61,712 nt of DNA, taken from the IMG/VR virus record IMGVR_UViG_3300027917_000003, positions 1 to 61,712 of that record. One strand, written 5' to 3'. The position numbers were made by a program, and so were the translations under genes. Source of the stretch: a virus (lineage: Duplodnaviria; Caudoviricetes). Of this stretch, positions 34,151-44,774 are shown in pieces. The number at the start of each line of letters is the position of its first letter. The stretch's first letter is position 1. Under the pieces are notes generated by a model. That model was not told the origin of the DNA. It saw only the letters and a program-made list of their open reading frames with translations, and searched no databases.

Positions 34151-34662
34151 TACAGGATCTCCTTCAACTTGAAGGCGACGGTGACGCGCAGATCGGTACA
34201 AAAGCGCGATGGATCAGCGCCAAAGTGATAGAGGGTGCTGTTGAACATGCATGCGCAGTTCCGTTTTGGATAGGCCGTGTGGGTCTGGCCGTCCTCAAAC
34301 ACAACAGTCTGGCCGCCCCACCTGACGTCCCACTCGGGGTTCACATAGAAGACGAAGGTCTTGTAAAGCTCTGGCGCATAAGTCTCGGGGTCAACGTCTG
34401 TATGGGCGTCGCCGGGGAGGCCGTGCGTCTGGCCATTGGCGTAGACGCGCTCAATCTCAAACTTCTTGCCGGTCAGTTCTTCAATCCGAAGGAGAAATTT
34501 GTCGTGGAAAAAAGGATCTGCGGAAAGGTCCATATACCAGAACTGGATCTGCGCCGGGCTCAGTTTGCTGAAGCCGCTGAACTTCCACTCGTTCCCGTGA
34601 AGGGTTTTGGCGACGACATAAGCGTAATCGTCCTCGGAGAGGACATCCTCAAACCACTGCAT
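34150..34662 (-). CDS. 2OG-Fe(II) oxygenase
   Basis: YANGQT..HTD, W...WGG.T, FNS...H, R.TVAFKL. Confidence 0.85.
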   Translation of the reverse strand: MQWFEDVLSEDDYAYVVAKTLHGNEWKFSGFSKLSPAQIQFWYMDLSADPFFHDKFLLRIEELTGKKFEIERVYANGQTHGLPGDAHTDVDPETYAPELYKTFVFYVNPEWDVRWGGQTVVFEDGQTHTAYPKRNCACMFNSTLYHFGADPSRFCTDLRVTVAFKLKEIL

Positions 34663-34676
34663 ATTGACCCCCTCGG

Positions 34677-35552
34677 TCAGCTAGTCGTGGTCGAACCATA
34701 CACTGTGCCGGACACCCCGCCAACAAACCAGTTGGACCCAACCACTGAATAACCGGGGGCGCCACCGCTTGAGCCCGCCGAGCTTCCGTAATTTCCAAGC
34801 GAGCCGCCACTGGCGCCTGCCTGCGCGCCTTGGCCACCGCCACTGCCACCAGACCCTCCGCTGCTGACGCTGCCAGCCTGACCGTTCGCGGCCCCATAAT
34901 ATCCTGTCTGCCCGGCGGCGCCGCCTGCTCCGCCAACGTAGCCAGCGCCACCGCCGCCTCCGCCACCGGGTATGGGCCAGCGATTTTGGTTCTGCGTGTC
35001 CTGCGCCCAATTGCCGCCACTGCCCCCGCCGCCGCCGCTCCCGATCACGCCGGAGTTTTGCATTTGGATGAAGGCCTGCCCTTGGCCGATAGCGTAAATC
35101 GCATTTCCGCCGTTGAAGCCGCCCTGAAGGGTAAAGGCGCCGTGGCCACCGTCGCCGCCAGCGCCGACAATGTAGCCGGAATTTTGAATAACGAGAATGT
35201 CGCCATTGGAGAACGATGCGTTGAGGGCGTATGCGCCTGTGCTGCTCGCGCCAATCGTCCCGCTGTTGGTCACGACGCCATAGGTCTTGCCAGCCGCGTA
35301 ATGCCCCGAGCTGGTAAACGCCGAGACAAGATTGACGTCAGCGACCGTCCCGCCGTTTTGGTATTGAGCGTAGGCGTGGCCCTGAAGCTGGTTCATGGCG
35401 ATAGTCGTGCCAGACGTCGTCTGGACGCCCGTGTTCCCCGCAGACGCCACTCGGCGCACCAGATTGGCGTCCAGCGTGAGGGGCGCGGTCGCCTGCAACC
35501 CAAGCTCGGTATTGATGTCCGAAAAGCTGATGGCGCCAGTGGGGAGTGTCAT
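34677..35552 (-). CDS. Glycine-rich tail-fibre tip/adhesin
   Basis: TLPTGAISFSDINTELG N-terminus; polyglycine tracts as in gp38-type adhesins. Confidence 0.65.
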   Translation of the reverse strand: MTLPTGAISFSDINTELGLQATAPLTLDANLVRRVASAGNTGVQTTSGTTIAMNQLQGHAYAQYQNGGTVADVNLVSAFTSSGHYAAGKTYGVVTNSGTIGASSTGAYALNASFSNGDILVIQNSGYIVGAGGDGGHGAFTLQGGFNGGNAIYAIGQGQAFIQMQNSGVIGSGGGGGSGGNWAQDTQNQNRWPIPGGGGGGGAGYVGGAGGAAGQTGYYGAANGQAGSVSSGGSGGSGGGQGAQAGASGGSLGNYGSSAGSSGGAPGYSVVGSNWFVGGVSGTVYGSTTTS

Positions 35553-36454
35553 TACTTGCTCTCCAGAGCCTCGACCCGAGCGGCCAGTTCCTTGACGGCC
35601 TCAATCAGGACGCCCACGAGATTGCCGTAGGCGACGGACAGGACGCCATTGTTGTCCTGCACGACCTGCGGCACAACCTCTTGCACTTCCTGCGCGACGA
35701 CGCCGATGCCGGGCTGGCCGGTGTTGATCATCTCGAACGTCACGCCGCGCATTTTTTTGACGAGGCCGAGCGCATGCTCAATCGTCTGGATGTCGCGCTT
35801 CAGGCTGCGGTCAGAGAAGGCCGTAATGTTGCCAGCGGCAGTGATGGTGGTGCCTGCGGTGATGGCGGTCGTCGCCGCGATGGTCGTGCTGGAAGTTATG
35901 GCATTGGCCGCCATAGTGGCAGTCACGGTGACTGCATTCGCCGTCAGCGTCGTGCCGTTGAACGTCAGGTTGGACGAGCCGGTCAGGACGTTGGCCGAGT
36001 TGTAGATGACCTGACCGCTGGTGCCAGCCGCCGAAGTCACGGCGGCGATGTTGGTGCCGTCCGAATAAATGAAGGAGCGCGTTCCCTGCGCGACTGACAC
36101 TGAGGAGCCGCCGCCACTGACGGGCGAGAAAGTGACGGTGAAGGCGCCGCTGGTATTATTGTAAACGATCCAGCTCCCGCCCACGATGCCAGTGGATGCG
36201 GCGTTCAAAGGCAGCGTATAGACGGCGTTGCCGGTCATCGCGCCCGTGATGTTGATAATCAGGCTCTGGGTCTGCGTGATCGACAGGGCGACGGTGCCGA
36301 CCGAGCCCACCGCACTGAGGGACAGGACGCCGCCCAAGGCCGCGTCGATGATGTCCCAGTCGGAGTTGATTGGCCCAGACCAGCCCGTGGGGTTCGAGGC
36401 GTACTCGTTGTAGATGGGCTTTTCGATCTTCTTGTTGGGCGTATAGTTGGGCAT
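35552..36454 (-). CDS. Tail fibre with intramolecular chaperone (S74) domain
   Basis: FSDRSLKRDI...GVVAQEVQ.V.P.VV...V.YGNL..LIEAVKEL. Confidence 0.85.
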   Translation of the reverse strand: MPNYTPNKKIEKPIYNEYASNPTGWSGPINSDWDIIDAALGGVLSLSAVGSVGTVALSITQTQSLIINITGAMTGNAVYTLPLNAASTGIVGGSWIVYNNTSGAFTVTFSPVSGGGSSVSVAQGTRSFIYSDGTNIAAVTSAAGTSGQVIYNSANVLTGSSNLTFNGTTLTANAVTVTATMAANAITSSTTIAATTAITAGTTITAAGNITAFSDRSLKRDIQTIEHALGLVKKMRGVTFEMINTGQPGIGVVAQEVQEVVPQVVQDNNGVLSVAYGNLVGVLIEAVKELAARVEALESK

Positions 36455-36464
36455 CGAGGGCTCC

Positions 36465-38942
36465 TCAGATGTGCTTGTTGGCGACTTCCAGAGCGCGGGC
36501 GACCGTGTCGTCGCTCTCGTTCAGAAGGGCCTCGGTGCTTTGGGTGACCTGCTTTTTCGCGGCCTTGGACAATGCCATGAGGTTGACGGCGCCGCCAGTG
36601 GCGCGGCCCTCGCGGTTGCCGGGGCCTCGAATAGTCAACGGGCGGTCAGAGTAGGCATCTCTGAGCTGGCCACCAATGTCCTTAACATTTTCCTCAAGGC
36701 TTGGCTCCGCAGTCGCGGCGAGGGGTAGCGCCGTGCGCCCTGCGGGGAAGCGATAAGGACGGGCCACGTTCGCGGGCGGGCGATTGGCGAGGTAAGTCTG
36801 GACCGGCGCAGTGCCCTTGATCATGCGGACGCCGCCGGGAATGGACCCAACCGCGCTGAGGACGGCGGCAAGTTTGGGGTCAATTTCAGCGAGCTGCGTC
36901 ATGGCCACGCCAACGACTGAAGGCGCGGCGGCGAGCGCAGCATTTCCCCAAAAGCCCAAACGGCTCGCCGCTTCCTCTGGCGGCATCTGGCCCGCACGGC
37001 GCATGACATCGGCGTAGCGGGTCATGGCGCCGCGCTCGGCGGGCGTCAGGAAGCGGCGAGAGAACTCAGCCCCTTTGCCGGTCAACATTTGGTCAATGTT
37101 GGCCGCCACACGGGCGAAGTCACCAGCCCCAGTGGCCGCTTCGCCCACCGCTGTCGGCATGCGCGGCGTCATCACTTGCTGCATGTAGGACCGCTTGATC
37201 GTGTCCAACTCCGGGGAGTTGGGGCCGAGCGCCCGGCGCAGTTGCAGCATGGTCTTGATGGCCTGCCGCTTCAGATCCGCGTCGCCCGAGGAGGCGAAAT
37301 TAAACATGGCGTTGCCGACGTCGTCGGCGCTCTTTGTCCCGTCGAGGACGCTGCGCATCAGCCTGCCCGCGTCCTCGCCGGTCTTTCTGATGCCAAAGCG
37401 GCCCTGATATTCGGCATAAAGCCTGCGGGCGTTGCGCCAGTCATTGACAACATTCGGGTTGCCCGAGAAGGCGCCGTTGTTGATGTTCTGTTCGATCCGC
37501 CGGTCAAACTCGTCAATCAAACGACGGACGGCCCGGCGGTCGGCGTCGCTTGTCGCTGCCCCGAGCGCCTCATTGAGAAGCTTGCGGCCCGCCTCGACGC
37601 CCTGAAACGTCCGGTGGATCACAGACACGCCGGGCGCTACTTGAATGGGAGCGCCGAGCACGGTGTCCAGCTTTGAGGCTGCGGCCCGCGCGGCGTCGTT
37701 CCCGACGATGGACAAGTTCCTTGGATCAACCGCGAGCCCCTGCATGATCTTGTCGCCAAGATTGGAGATGGACTCACGGGTAAATGTGCCGGGCGTGTTC
37801 TCGGCCACGGCGTAGGCCTGCCCATAGGCGCGGCGCAGGGCGTCCGCCTCGCGATTGCCAGCCTCGACGGCGGCGGTCACGGCGTCCCTGACGGACGGCT
37901 GCGCGCCACCGGCGACCGTCTGGGCGGCCTCCGCCGCTTGTTGGGCCTGCGGCGCGTAGTTGCCGTGCTGGGCCTCGCGCTCCAACTGTGCCGCCTCGCC
38001 GGTGACCATGCCGCGCTTGGGCGTGATGCCGAACTCACGGAAGGGCGCCTCTGCGGCGGCTGCGGGCGTCACTCCGCGCTGTTCAAAGGTCTGGCGCAGT
38101 TGCGGGGCCAGTGTGGCGATCTCCTGATCAGTGAGGCCCGCAGCCCGCGCAGCGGCCATTGCCTCGTCAGTGAGTGCTCCCGACCGGTCCACGACGGGCT
38201 TTCCGCCAAACAAAAGGCGAGTGATGCCGGACGTGGCCCGCTCAAGAATGGGGGCCGCCACGGCGCCGCCAAGGGTTCCAACGACGGCGCCCTTCACGGC
38301 GTCACCAATGTCGCCCTCCGCCGCGCCACCGGAAATGCCGCCATATACGCCCCCAGTGAGGCCGCCAGAGACCGCAGGGCCATATTGTGTCCCCACGGCG
38401 GGCAAAGTCTTTGCGCCGAGCAGGATGCCGCCAGCGGTGCCCGCAGCCCCGTAGCCGGGCTCAATGGTGCTGGCCGCCGCCACCTTGCGCTCGGCCTCCT
38501 TTTTGGCCTCAACGAGCGGCATGTCGGCGTAACGCTCGTAGCCGGAAATGCCGAGTTTGCCAGCGCCCTTGGCGAGGGCGGCGGGGATGTAGGGGAACAC
38601 GCCAGCGGTCATGGCGTCGGCTGCGGAGCCAGAGGCCGCCAGAGCCTTCTGCATCCACGGCTCCATGTGGCCGAGTTCCATTTTGGCGCCCGCCAGCTTG
38701 CTCAGGCGCTCGTCCTCGGCCCGCTTCTGCTCGCCCTCAATCGCGGGCAACATTTTCTTTTCGAGGACGTCGCCCATGCGCCGAGGCGTCAGGGGGCGGA
38801 CCACTTGGGCGTGGACGGCCTCCCCGACAGGAATTTCGGGGATGGCGGCTGGGGCCGCTCCCAGATCAAACGAGAACGGCTCCTGCTTTTTGGGCTCTGG
38901 CCCAAACGGATCGTAGGGGGTGCCGAGGTCGAGTTCCGCCAT
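36465..38942 (-). CDS. Putative ejection/internal virion protein
   Basis: Ala/Gly-rich helical protein with hydrophobic segments; podoviral position. Confidence 0.6.
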   Translation of the reverse strand: MAELDLGTPYDPFGPEPKKQEPFSFDLGAAPAAIPEIPVGEAVHAQVVRPLTPRRMGDVLEKKMLPAIEGEQKRAEDERLSKLAGAKMELGHMEPWMQKALAASGSAADAMTAGVFPYIPAALAKGAGKLGISGYERYADMPLVEAKKEAERKVAAASTIEPGYGAAGTAGGILLGAKTLPAVGTQYGPAVSGGLTGGVYGGISGGAAEGDIGDAVKGAVVGTLGGAVAAPILERATSGITRLLFGGKPVVDRSGALTDEAMAAARAAGLTDQEIATLAPQLRQTFEQRGVTPAAAAEAPFREFGITPKRGMVTGEAAQLEREAQHGNYAPQAQQAAEAAQTVAGGAQPSVRDAVTAAVEAGNREADALRRAYGQAYAVAENTPGTFTRESISNLGDKIMQGLAVDPRNLSIVGNDAARAAASKLDTVLGAPIQVAPGVSVIHRTFQGVEAGRKLLNEALGAATSDADRRAVRRLIDEFDRRIEQNINNGAFSGNPNVVNDWRNARRLYAEYQGRFGIRKTGEDAGRLMRSVLDGTKSADDVGNAMFNFASSGDADLKRQAIKTMLQLRRALGPNSPELDTIKRSYMQQVMTPRMPTAVGEAATGAGDFARVAANIDQMLTGKGAEFSRRFLTPAERGAMTRYADVMRRAGQMPPEEAASRLGFWGNAALAAAPSVVGVAMTQLAEIDPKLAAVLSAVGSIPGGVRMIKGTAPVQTYLANRPPANVARPYRFPAGRTALPLAATAEPSLEENVKDIGGQLRDAYSDRPLTIRGPGNREGRATGGAVNLMALSKAAKKQVTQSTEALLNESDDTVARALEVANKHI

Positions 38943-38943
38943 A

Positions 38944-41900
38944 TTAGCCCCCAAGTCCGAAGTAGCGCAGCGAGCGCGGCCCGTAGTGGCTGACGACCCA
39001 CTTCTTCTCCGCGTCAGACAGTTTGGCGCCGTCGCGCAGGAGCCACTCGCCGACAGTCATTGGCTGCGCCCTGCCAGCGGCGATGTCCTCCCGACTGACC
39101 TTCTTGCCATCACGGGAAAGCCAGAACTGCTTGCCGTCCTCTTTGACGGGAATGCCTTCGAGGTACATGCGCTCCAAGGCCTTCTTGTCGTCTTGATAGA
39201 TGGGGTCGCGGGTTTTGTCGAAGCGGGCGTTTAGGTCCGCCCAAGACCCGCTCCTGTTCGCAGAAATGGCGTCTTTTGTGCCACTCTCGGCCCGGTCCTT
39301 AAACGCTTGGAAGTAGTCGTTCTTGTCGATTTCGCGCTGGGTTTCAACGCTCATACCGGCGAGGAGCTTGGCGATGCCTTTGGCTGAATTGGCATCAGAC
39401 ACATAGCCCTTTCCAATGGCGTCCAATGCGCTGACAGCTTTGTAGTCTTTTTTGTCCACTGCGACTTCGCGCAGGCGACTGACGTACTTGCGAGCCTCTT
39501 CAGCGTCAGCCAATTTTGCAGCATCAAACGGCCCTTCATTGAATTGAAGAACTCTGGCGATGTTGTCGAGATACCGCCCGAGCGGCACAAAAATGTCGCG
39601 CAGGGGGCCGGGCGCCAGCGGGCCGGTGCGAGGCGCTCCGGCCAAAGAAGCTGCCATAGGCATGAATTGCGACTTGAACTCAGACGCGCCCTTCGCAGCC
39701 TCTTGCTGTGGCGTGTAGATGTCCTTGTTTTCCGCATGCCAAGCCGGAGCCTTATCCTTCGACTCTTCGCGCCATTTAGCGGCAAGCTTGACGTCTTCCT
39801 CGCTCAATTGTCCGGGAGCGGCGGCGGGCGTAGTCGTAGCCGCTGGGGGTGCGCCGGGGGCTTCAGGAGCGGCGGGAGCGGGCCTTTCTTCCGTCTTTGC
39901 GGTGGTGGTTGTGGTCTGATCGGGCGCGGGAGCGCCCGGCTCACGCTTGACTGCCCCCTCAGTCTTCTTGGCGCCCTCGCCATACCCGGCGGCTTCTTGC
40001 CGAATTTCGGCAATTCTGCCCGGTTCAAGGCCGAAGGTCTCGCCCTTCTCAATACGGTCCAGAGCCTCGGACAGGCGGATGGCGCGCTCCTCGCCCGTCT
40101 TGGGGTCACTGTAGAAGAACAGGCGCGTGTTGGTTGTGGGCTCAATGAAGATGCGGGCGCGTGTCGTCTGGGCCTTCGTGAGGCCCGTCTCCGCCTTCGC
40201 CTTCTCAATGTCCGCCTGTTGCTTCTGCAAGCTTGTGTAGGCGCTCGCGCCGCCCACAAGGCCCTCGCCAATGGCGCCGCCAAGAGTGGGCCGCTGTGAG
40301 GCCAGCATCGAGCCGATGCCAGCCAGCGCGGGAACCCAGAGGTTCTCGGAGGACAGAGCCGCCTTGGTGCTCGGGCTCATGCTCTCGGGGAACAGGCCGG
40401 AAGTGAGGTGCTGGATCGGGGAGCGGTCTGCGCCGCCAGCGACGCCAGCGGCACGGGCTGCGGGAGGCTTGCCGCCAGCGACACCGGCGCCAGCGCCATT
40501 GACGGACATGACTTTCATGGCCTCGGCGGCAGTGCGCGGGTTACCCTTTGCGTCAAAGAACCAAGTCGGGTTTGCCTCCACCGCCGCCGGTGACGCCAGC
40601 GTGTGGGCCGGGACGTCAGGGTTCTTGGCGAGCGTCTTCGCGAACGCAGGACCACCGCTCACCCCCAGCTTCCACCCGAGCGTCAGGGCGTCGGGCGTCA
40701 CAGGGATCTCGTTCGCCTGCATCTTTTCAGCGAGTGTGCGCGCGTGATACGGGATCGCGCGCATTTGCGCCTCGGCGTTAAAGCGGTCAGCCGGGGTCAG
40801 GTCGCGAAGCTCGGGGTGCTTGATGATGTCCTCCCAAGTCCCCTTGGTGATTTGACCGGGGCCAAACGCACTGCTCGCACCGGCGGCGTTTGGAACATTG
40901 CGCCCGCCACTCTCGGCCTGAATGTTCTTGGGCATCCACTCCTTGATCAATGCCTCAATTTCTTCAGGCGACTTGCGGACAAATCCCTCATTCGCGTACC
41001 CGTGGCGGGCCTCAATGCGGCCACCCTTGGCCGCGAACAATGTGGCCAGACCCAGCAACGGCAGAGCGACGGGCGCGGCGGCCATTAGGCCAGCGCCAGC
41101 GCCCCCAAGAGCGCCCATGAGCCCCGCGCCCTCAGCGGCGGCGCCAGCCGCCCCGAGGCCCGCCGCAGCCTCACCAGCGCCCGCAGCGGTGGCTGCGGCC
41201 TCTCCGGCCCCGCCCAGAAGGCCGGGTATTTTGGAGGCGCCCTGAAGGGCAGAGCCTGCGGAGAGGAGCTTAGACGCGGGCGATGGGCCTGACGAGCTGG
41301 GCAACGAGGCGGGCTGGAGGCCCTTGGAGGGCTCGTGCTTGATGGCCGCAGCCTTGGCCAAGGGGTCTTCGTCCTTGTCGCCCGCATAGGGCATGACATA
41401 GCTGCCGTCGCTGCCATCGTAGTGGCCACGGATCAACCCGCCGTGCGCGGCCCTTGAGAGGAGGCCCGCGTCTTCGGCCTGTTTGATTTTAAGGAGGCGA
41501 TCAGCCTCTTGCGCCCGCGCGAGTGTTTTTTCTTGATCAAGGGTCGCCTGCGACTTTGCAAAGTCGGGCCGATTTTCCCACGCCGATTTTCCCAAGCCAG
41601 CCAGTTTGGAGCCCGTTTCAGCCGCGCTGATTGTCTGGGCCAGCCCAGAAGGCTGTTGCTTCATAATGTTTTCTTGCTTGGGCAGACCAGTCGAGCCGCT
41701 GCGGGGCTGCATGGCGTAACCATACGGGCCAGCGAGCCCCTTCGCCGCCATCTGTTGATAGTAGGCGATGGCCGGATTGACGTAGCTGCCCATCTCGCCG
41801 TTGAAACCGTGACGCTCGCCGTCGGCCAGTCCGCCCGCGCTGAAGCTCTCAGTGTAGGGAGTGGCGCTCAAGTTGGGCGCGGCGCTGGCCATTTGCACGG

Positions 41901-43284
41901 GCTGTCCGCCAGCCGCAGCGATTTTGGTGTCCAAGTCCTTCATCAGCCAGTCGCGGTAGGCGGGGTCGCCTCCGGGGCCGCTGCCGGGCAGACTGGCGCG
42001 TTGGGCGCGCATTCCCTCAAGGGCGCCGAGCGTCAGGCCCGTGGCCTTGGGCGCCATCATGCCGCTGACGTCATAGGCCTGCGCCATGATCGGCAGGCCC
42101 TCGGACCCGGCGAACTTGTGGACGGCGCCGAGCCCCTGAAGGCCGATGGGCAGCGCGCTGCGCTTGGCGGTCGGGCCCGCAATGTCCCACTTCTCTCCGC
42201 CAATGGGCATGGCCTGATCGCCCTGCACGGGGCCACCGTCGTCCTTGTGAATGGCGTCGTCGGTGGCCTTCTTGTAGTCCACGGTCTTGTAGCCGCCCGC
42301 GAGGCCCACGGCCTCGGGGTGGTGCTTCTCGACGTCCTGCGCCAAGAGGCCGATCTGGGTGCGGTGATCGCCCTTGTAGTTGTAGCGGTAGATCGGCTGG
42401 CCGTCGTCCGTCTCGCCGACGCGCTGGACGTTTTCCTTGAGGCGCTCGTCCGAGAAGAACCCGGCGGGCTGCGTCCCGGTGACCGTCTGGCCAGAGATGG
42501 GGCCGGTGCCCTCGGCGATGCCCGCCAGCATCTGCGCCATCTGAATGGGGTAGGCGCGCTCTTGTTGGAACTGGTTGTAGAGCGCCTGCAAGCCAGCCTG
42601 TTGGGTTTGCTGCTCGGTGGCGCCAGCGCCCAATTGGGCCTGCGCACCGGCGAGGCCCGCCGCCTGAGCGCCCGTGCCGAGCGCCCCAAACTGGGCGCCA
42701 GCGGACATGAGGCGCTGGAGATTGGCCTGCTCCGCCGTCAGGCCCAAGCCCTGTTGCTGAATGGCCGTCTGGAGGGCCTGATTGTAGGCCTGTTGGTAAA
42801 TCGGGGCCATCGCCTGCGACGTGCCGAGCGCCTGTTGGCGGGCCAGATTGGCCGCCACGATGCCCGAGCGGTCGCCGCCATAGGAGCGCATTGACTGCGG
42901 GTTCATCAGGCCGGAGCGTTCTGTGGCCTGTTGCTGTTGCAGGGCCTGAAGGGTCGGCGCGGCGACGGCCTGCGTGTAGGGGTTGTAGTATTGACCGACG
43001 TTAAGATTGCCGGGGGTGACGCCCTGCGCGCCGAGGCCTGTCAGGGCGGCGGCGGCGCCATAGTAGGGCTGCGCGGCCCCGGCCATTGCATTGACGTTCT
43101 GGATGCCCGCCTGTTGCGTGGCCGTCAGGGGAGCCACGAAGGCGTTCGGGTTCTGGCTGTATTGCTGGAAGGGCGTATTGGCGACCGTCTCGGCGCGGGC
43201 ATTGACGGCGTTGTAGCGCGCCATGACCTCCGGTGGGATCTCGGTCTTCTGTGTGGTCTGTTGTGTCTTGCCGCCGCCGCCCAT
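38944..43284 (-). CDS. Large ejection protein with S74 chaperone and lysozyme-like domains
   Basis: Gln-rich N-terminus; SDERLKENV; AESGG......SSAFGPGQITKGTW. Confidence 0.7.
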   Translation of the reverse strand: MGGGGKTQQTTQKTEIPPEVMARYNAVNARAETVANTPFQQYSQNPNAFVAPLTATQQAGIQNVNAMAGAAQPYYGAAAALTGLGAQGVTPGNLNVGQYYNPYTQAVAAPTLQALQQQQATERSGLMNPQSMRSYGGDRSGIVAANLARQQALGTSQAMAPIYQQAYNQALQTAIQQQGLGLTAEQANLQRLMSAGAQFGALGTGAQAAGLAGAQAQLGAGATEQQTQQAGLQALYNQFQQERAYPIQMAQMLAGIAEGTGPISGQTVTGTQPAGFFSDERLKENVQRVGETDDGQPIYRYNYKGDHRTQIGLLAQDVEKHHPEAVGLAGGYKTVDYKKATDDAIHKDDGGPVQGDQAMPIGGEKWDIAGPTAKRSALPIGLQGLGAVHKFAGSEGLPIMAQAYDVSGMMAPKATGLTLGALEGMRAQRASLPGSGPGGDPAYRDWLMKDLDTKIAAAGGQPVQMASAAPNLSATPYTESFSAGGLADGERHGFNGEMGSYVNPAIAYYQQMAAKGLAGPYGYAMQPRSGSTGLPKQENIMKQQPSGLAQTISAAETGSKLAGLGKSAWENRPDFAKSQATLDQEKTLARAQEADRLLKIKQAEDAGLLSRAAHGGLIRGHYDGSDGSYVMPYAGDKDEDPLAKAAAIKHEPSKGLQPASLPSSSGPSPASKLLSAGSALQGASKIPGLLGGAGEAAATAAGAGEAAAGLGAAGAAAEGAGLMGALGGAGAGLMAAAPVALPLLGLATLFAAKGGRIEARHGYANEGFVRKSPEEIEALIKEWMPKNIQAESGGRNVPNAAGASSAFGPGQITKGTWEDIIKHPELRDLTPADRFNAEAQMRAIPYHARTLAEKMQANEIPVTPDALTLGWKLGVSGGPAFAKTLAKNPDVPAHTLASPAAVEANPTWFFDAKGNPRTAAEAMKVMSVNGAGAGVAGGKPPAARAAGVAGGADRSPIQHLTSGLFPESMSPSTKAALSSENLWVPALAGIGSMLASQRPTLGGAIGEGLVGGASAYTSLQKQQADIEKAKAETGLTKAQTTRARIFIEPTTNTRLFFYSDPKTGEERAIRLSEALDRIEKGETFGLEPGRIAEIRQEAAGYGEGAKKTEGAVKREPGAPAPDQTTTTTAKTEERPAPAAPEAPGAPPAATTTPAAAPGQLSEEDVKLAAKWREESKDKAPAWHAENKDIYTPQQEAAKGASEFKSQFMPMAASLAGAPRTGPLAPGPLRDIFVPLGRYLDNIARVLQFNEGPFDAAKLADAEEARKYVSRLREVAVDKKDYKAVSALDAIGKGYVSDANSAKGIAKLLAGMSVETQREIDKNDYFQAFKDRAESGTKDAISANRSGSWADLNARFDKTRDPIYQDDKKALERMYLEGIPVKEDGKQFWLSRDGKKVSREDIAAGRAQPMTVGEWLLRDGAKLSDAEKKWVVSHYGPRSLRYFGLGG

Positions 43285-43298
43285 ATTATACCTCGACT

Positions 43299-43790
43299 TT
43301 ATTCAGCGGCGTGTTTCCACTCGCCAGTTTGGACGCCATAGAGGAAGTAGGCGCCCGACGGTTGGCCGAAAATGCGCTCATACATGCGGACCTTGCCAGC
43401 CGTTCGCTGACTGGACAGGACGCCAATGGTGAGGGGCATTTTAAGCTCATCGGCCACTTTCTTCGCGAACTCGCACAGTTTCCTAGCGCGCCCACCCTTC
43501 GCGGCCCTGAAGTCCGGGTGGATGAAGACGGCGCGCTCTTCCAGCATGTCTTGGTCACTATACCAGATGTTGCCAATCCTCAAAAGGATGGCCCCCTGCG
43601 GCTTCTCGCCGGGAACCCCGACGATGCCCATAATGCCCCGGTCGCGGTTCAGGGCGGGCCAGATCTCGTGCAGGAGACGGATGGGGTTTGGCTCCACAAA
43701 TCCGTTCTCGTCGCAGGCGGCCATCGCCAAGTCCATCATGTCGTGGACGTCTTCTGGTTTACCGACCCATACTTTCAGTTCGTCAGACAT
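43299..43790 (-). CDS. GNAT-fold acetyltransferase-like protein
   Basis: FIHPDFR..GGRARKL..FAK...Y.R.F. Confidence 0.65.
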   Translation of the reverse strand: MSDELKVWVGKPEDVHDMMDLAMAACDENGFVEPNPIRLLHEIWPALNRDRGIMGIVGVPGEKPQGAILLRIGNIWYSDQDMLEERAVFIHPDFRAAKGGRARKLCEFAKKVADELKMPLTIGVLSSQRTAGKVRMYERIFGQPSGAYFLYGVQTGEWKHAAE

Positions 43791-43801
43791 TGAGATCCCC
43801 C

Positions 43802-44365
43802 TCAGTCTTTCTTCGGACCCGGCAGCTTCTTGAGCGTGTCGATCAGTTCCTTGCGCGTGTCCGTGATCCACTTGTCGAGCGCACGGTGGCCCGCGTCAAT
43901 GTCTCCGCCGCCCGCCCAGATCACTTCGTCGGGCGAGAGGACGTATTCTCCACCGGCGGCGACAATAGGGACGGGTTCTCCGACGGGCGCCCCGGTGATG
44001 CCGCCCTCGGCGTATGAGCCCTTGGGGGCGCCACGGAACATGTGTTTGACGGCCCGGAAGCCCGCCATCGTGTTGCCCTCGCCCAGTGACGACACGATGT
44101 CGGCGGGGATGACGTAGGCGCCCGACGGCACGTTCATGGGGAGGTGGTCGGTGCGCCCGGCCACGGGGCTGTGAATGGGGCCGAGGTGGACGCCGGAGGC
44201 CGCAGGAGTGGCCTTGGGCTTCTGCATGGGGCCACCCTCCGCCTTGGAGTTGCGGGCGGTGTTGAGGGCCGCAGCGACGGCCTGCGCCTGCGGGTGACCG
44301 GCGTGGACCATCTCGGCGATGTTGTGGCTGATCGTGGCCTGCGAGGAACCCTTAGTCAGTGGCAT
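43802..44365 (-). CDS. Virion-associated protein with duplicated G(A/E)YV module
   Basis: [17 protein letters not shown] and [14 protein letters not shown]. Confidence 0.6.
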   Translation of the reverse strand: MPLTKGSSQATISHNIAEMVHAGHPQAQAVAAALNTARNSKAEGGPMQKPKATPAASGVHLGPIHSPVAGRTDHLPMNVPSGAYVIPADIVSSLGEGNTMAGFRAVKHMFRGAPKGSYAEGGITGAPVGEPVPIVAAGGEYVLSPDEVIWAGGGDIDAGHRALDKWITDTRKELIDTLKKLPGPKKD

Positions 44366-44372
44366 GGCGTCC

Positions 44373-44774
44373 TCATGGGTTGGGGCTATATGAGACGCAG
44401 AATTGCAAGCCCGCTGCACCGCCCACGAGGACAATTCCGTTGGAGTAAGTGAGGGCCAATGGATAGAAGCCTGCGGGAGATGACGGTGTCACATACAGGA
44501 GATTGGTTGCGGCGATGCCGCCAGTTGTCGCGGAGTCATAAATTGAAGCGGTTGAAGAGCCTGAGTGAACAACAACAGAAATACCATAAATTTTGCCAGA
44601 TCCAGCGATAACCAAAACAGGTGAGGTCGCGACGGTTGCAGATGTTTCCGATGGCCCCGACCATCCAGAAATTGTAACGATATTATCGGAGATGGCCTGA
44701 AGGATGCGGTTCAGGCCGTTGATCGCCACGACGCCGTTTTTTTGCGTAGTGAGGATGTCATCAAGACTAGCCAT
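44373..44774 (-). CDS. Hypothetical structural protein
   Basis: Coupled to the tail tubular gene. Confidence 0.65.
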   Translation of the reverse strand: MASLDDILTTQKNGVVAINGLNRILQAISDNIVTISGWSGPSETSATVATSPVLVIAGSGKIYGISVVVHSGSSTASIYDSATTGGIAATNLLYVTPSSPAGFYPLALTYSNGIVLVGGAAGLQFCVSYSPNP

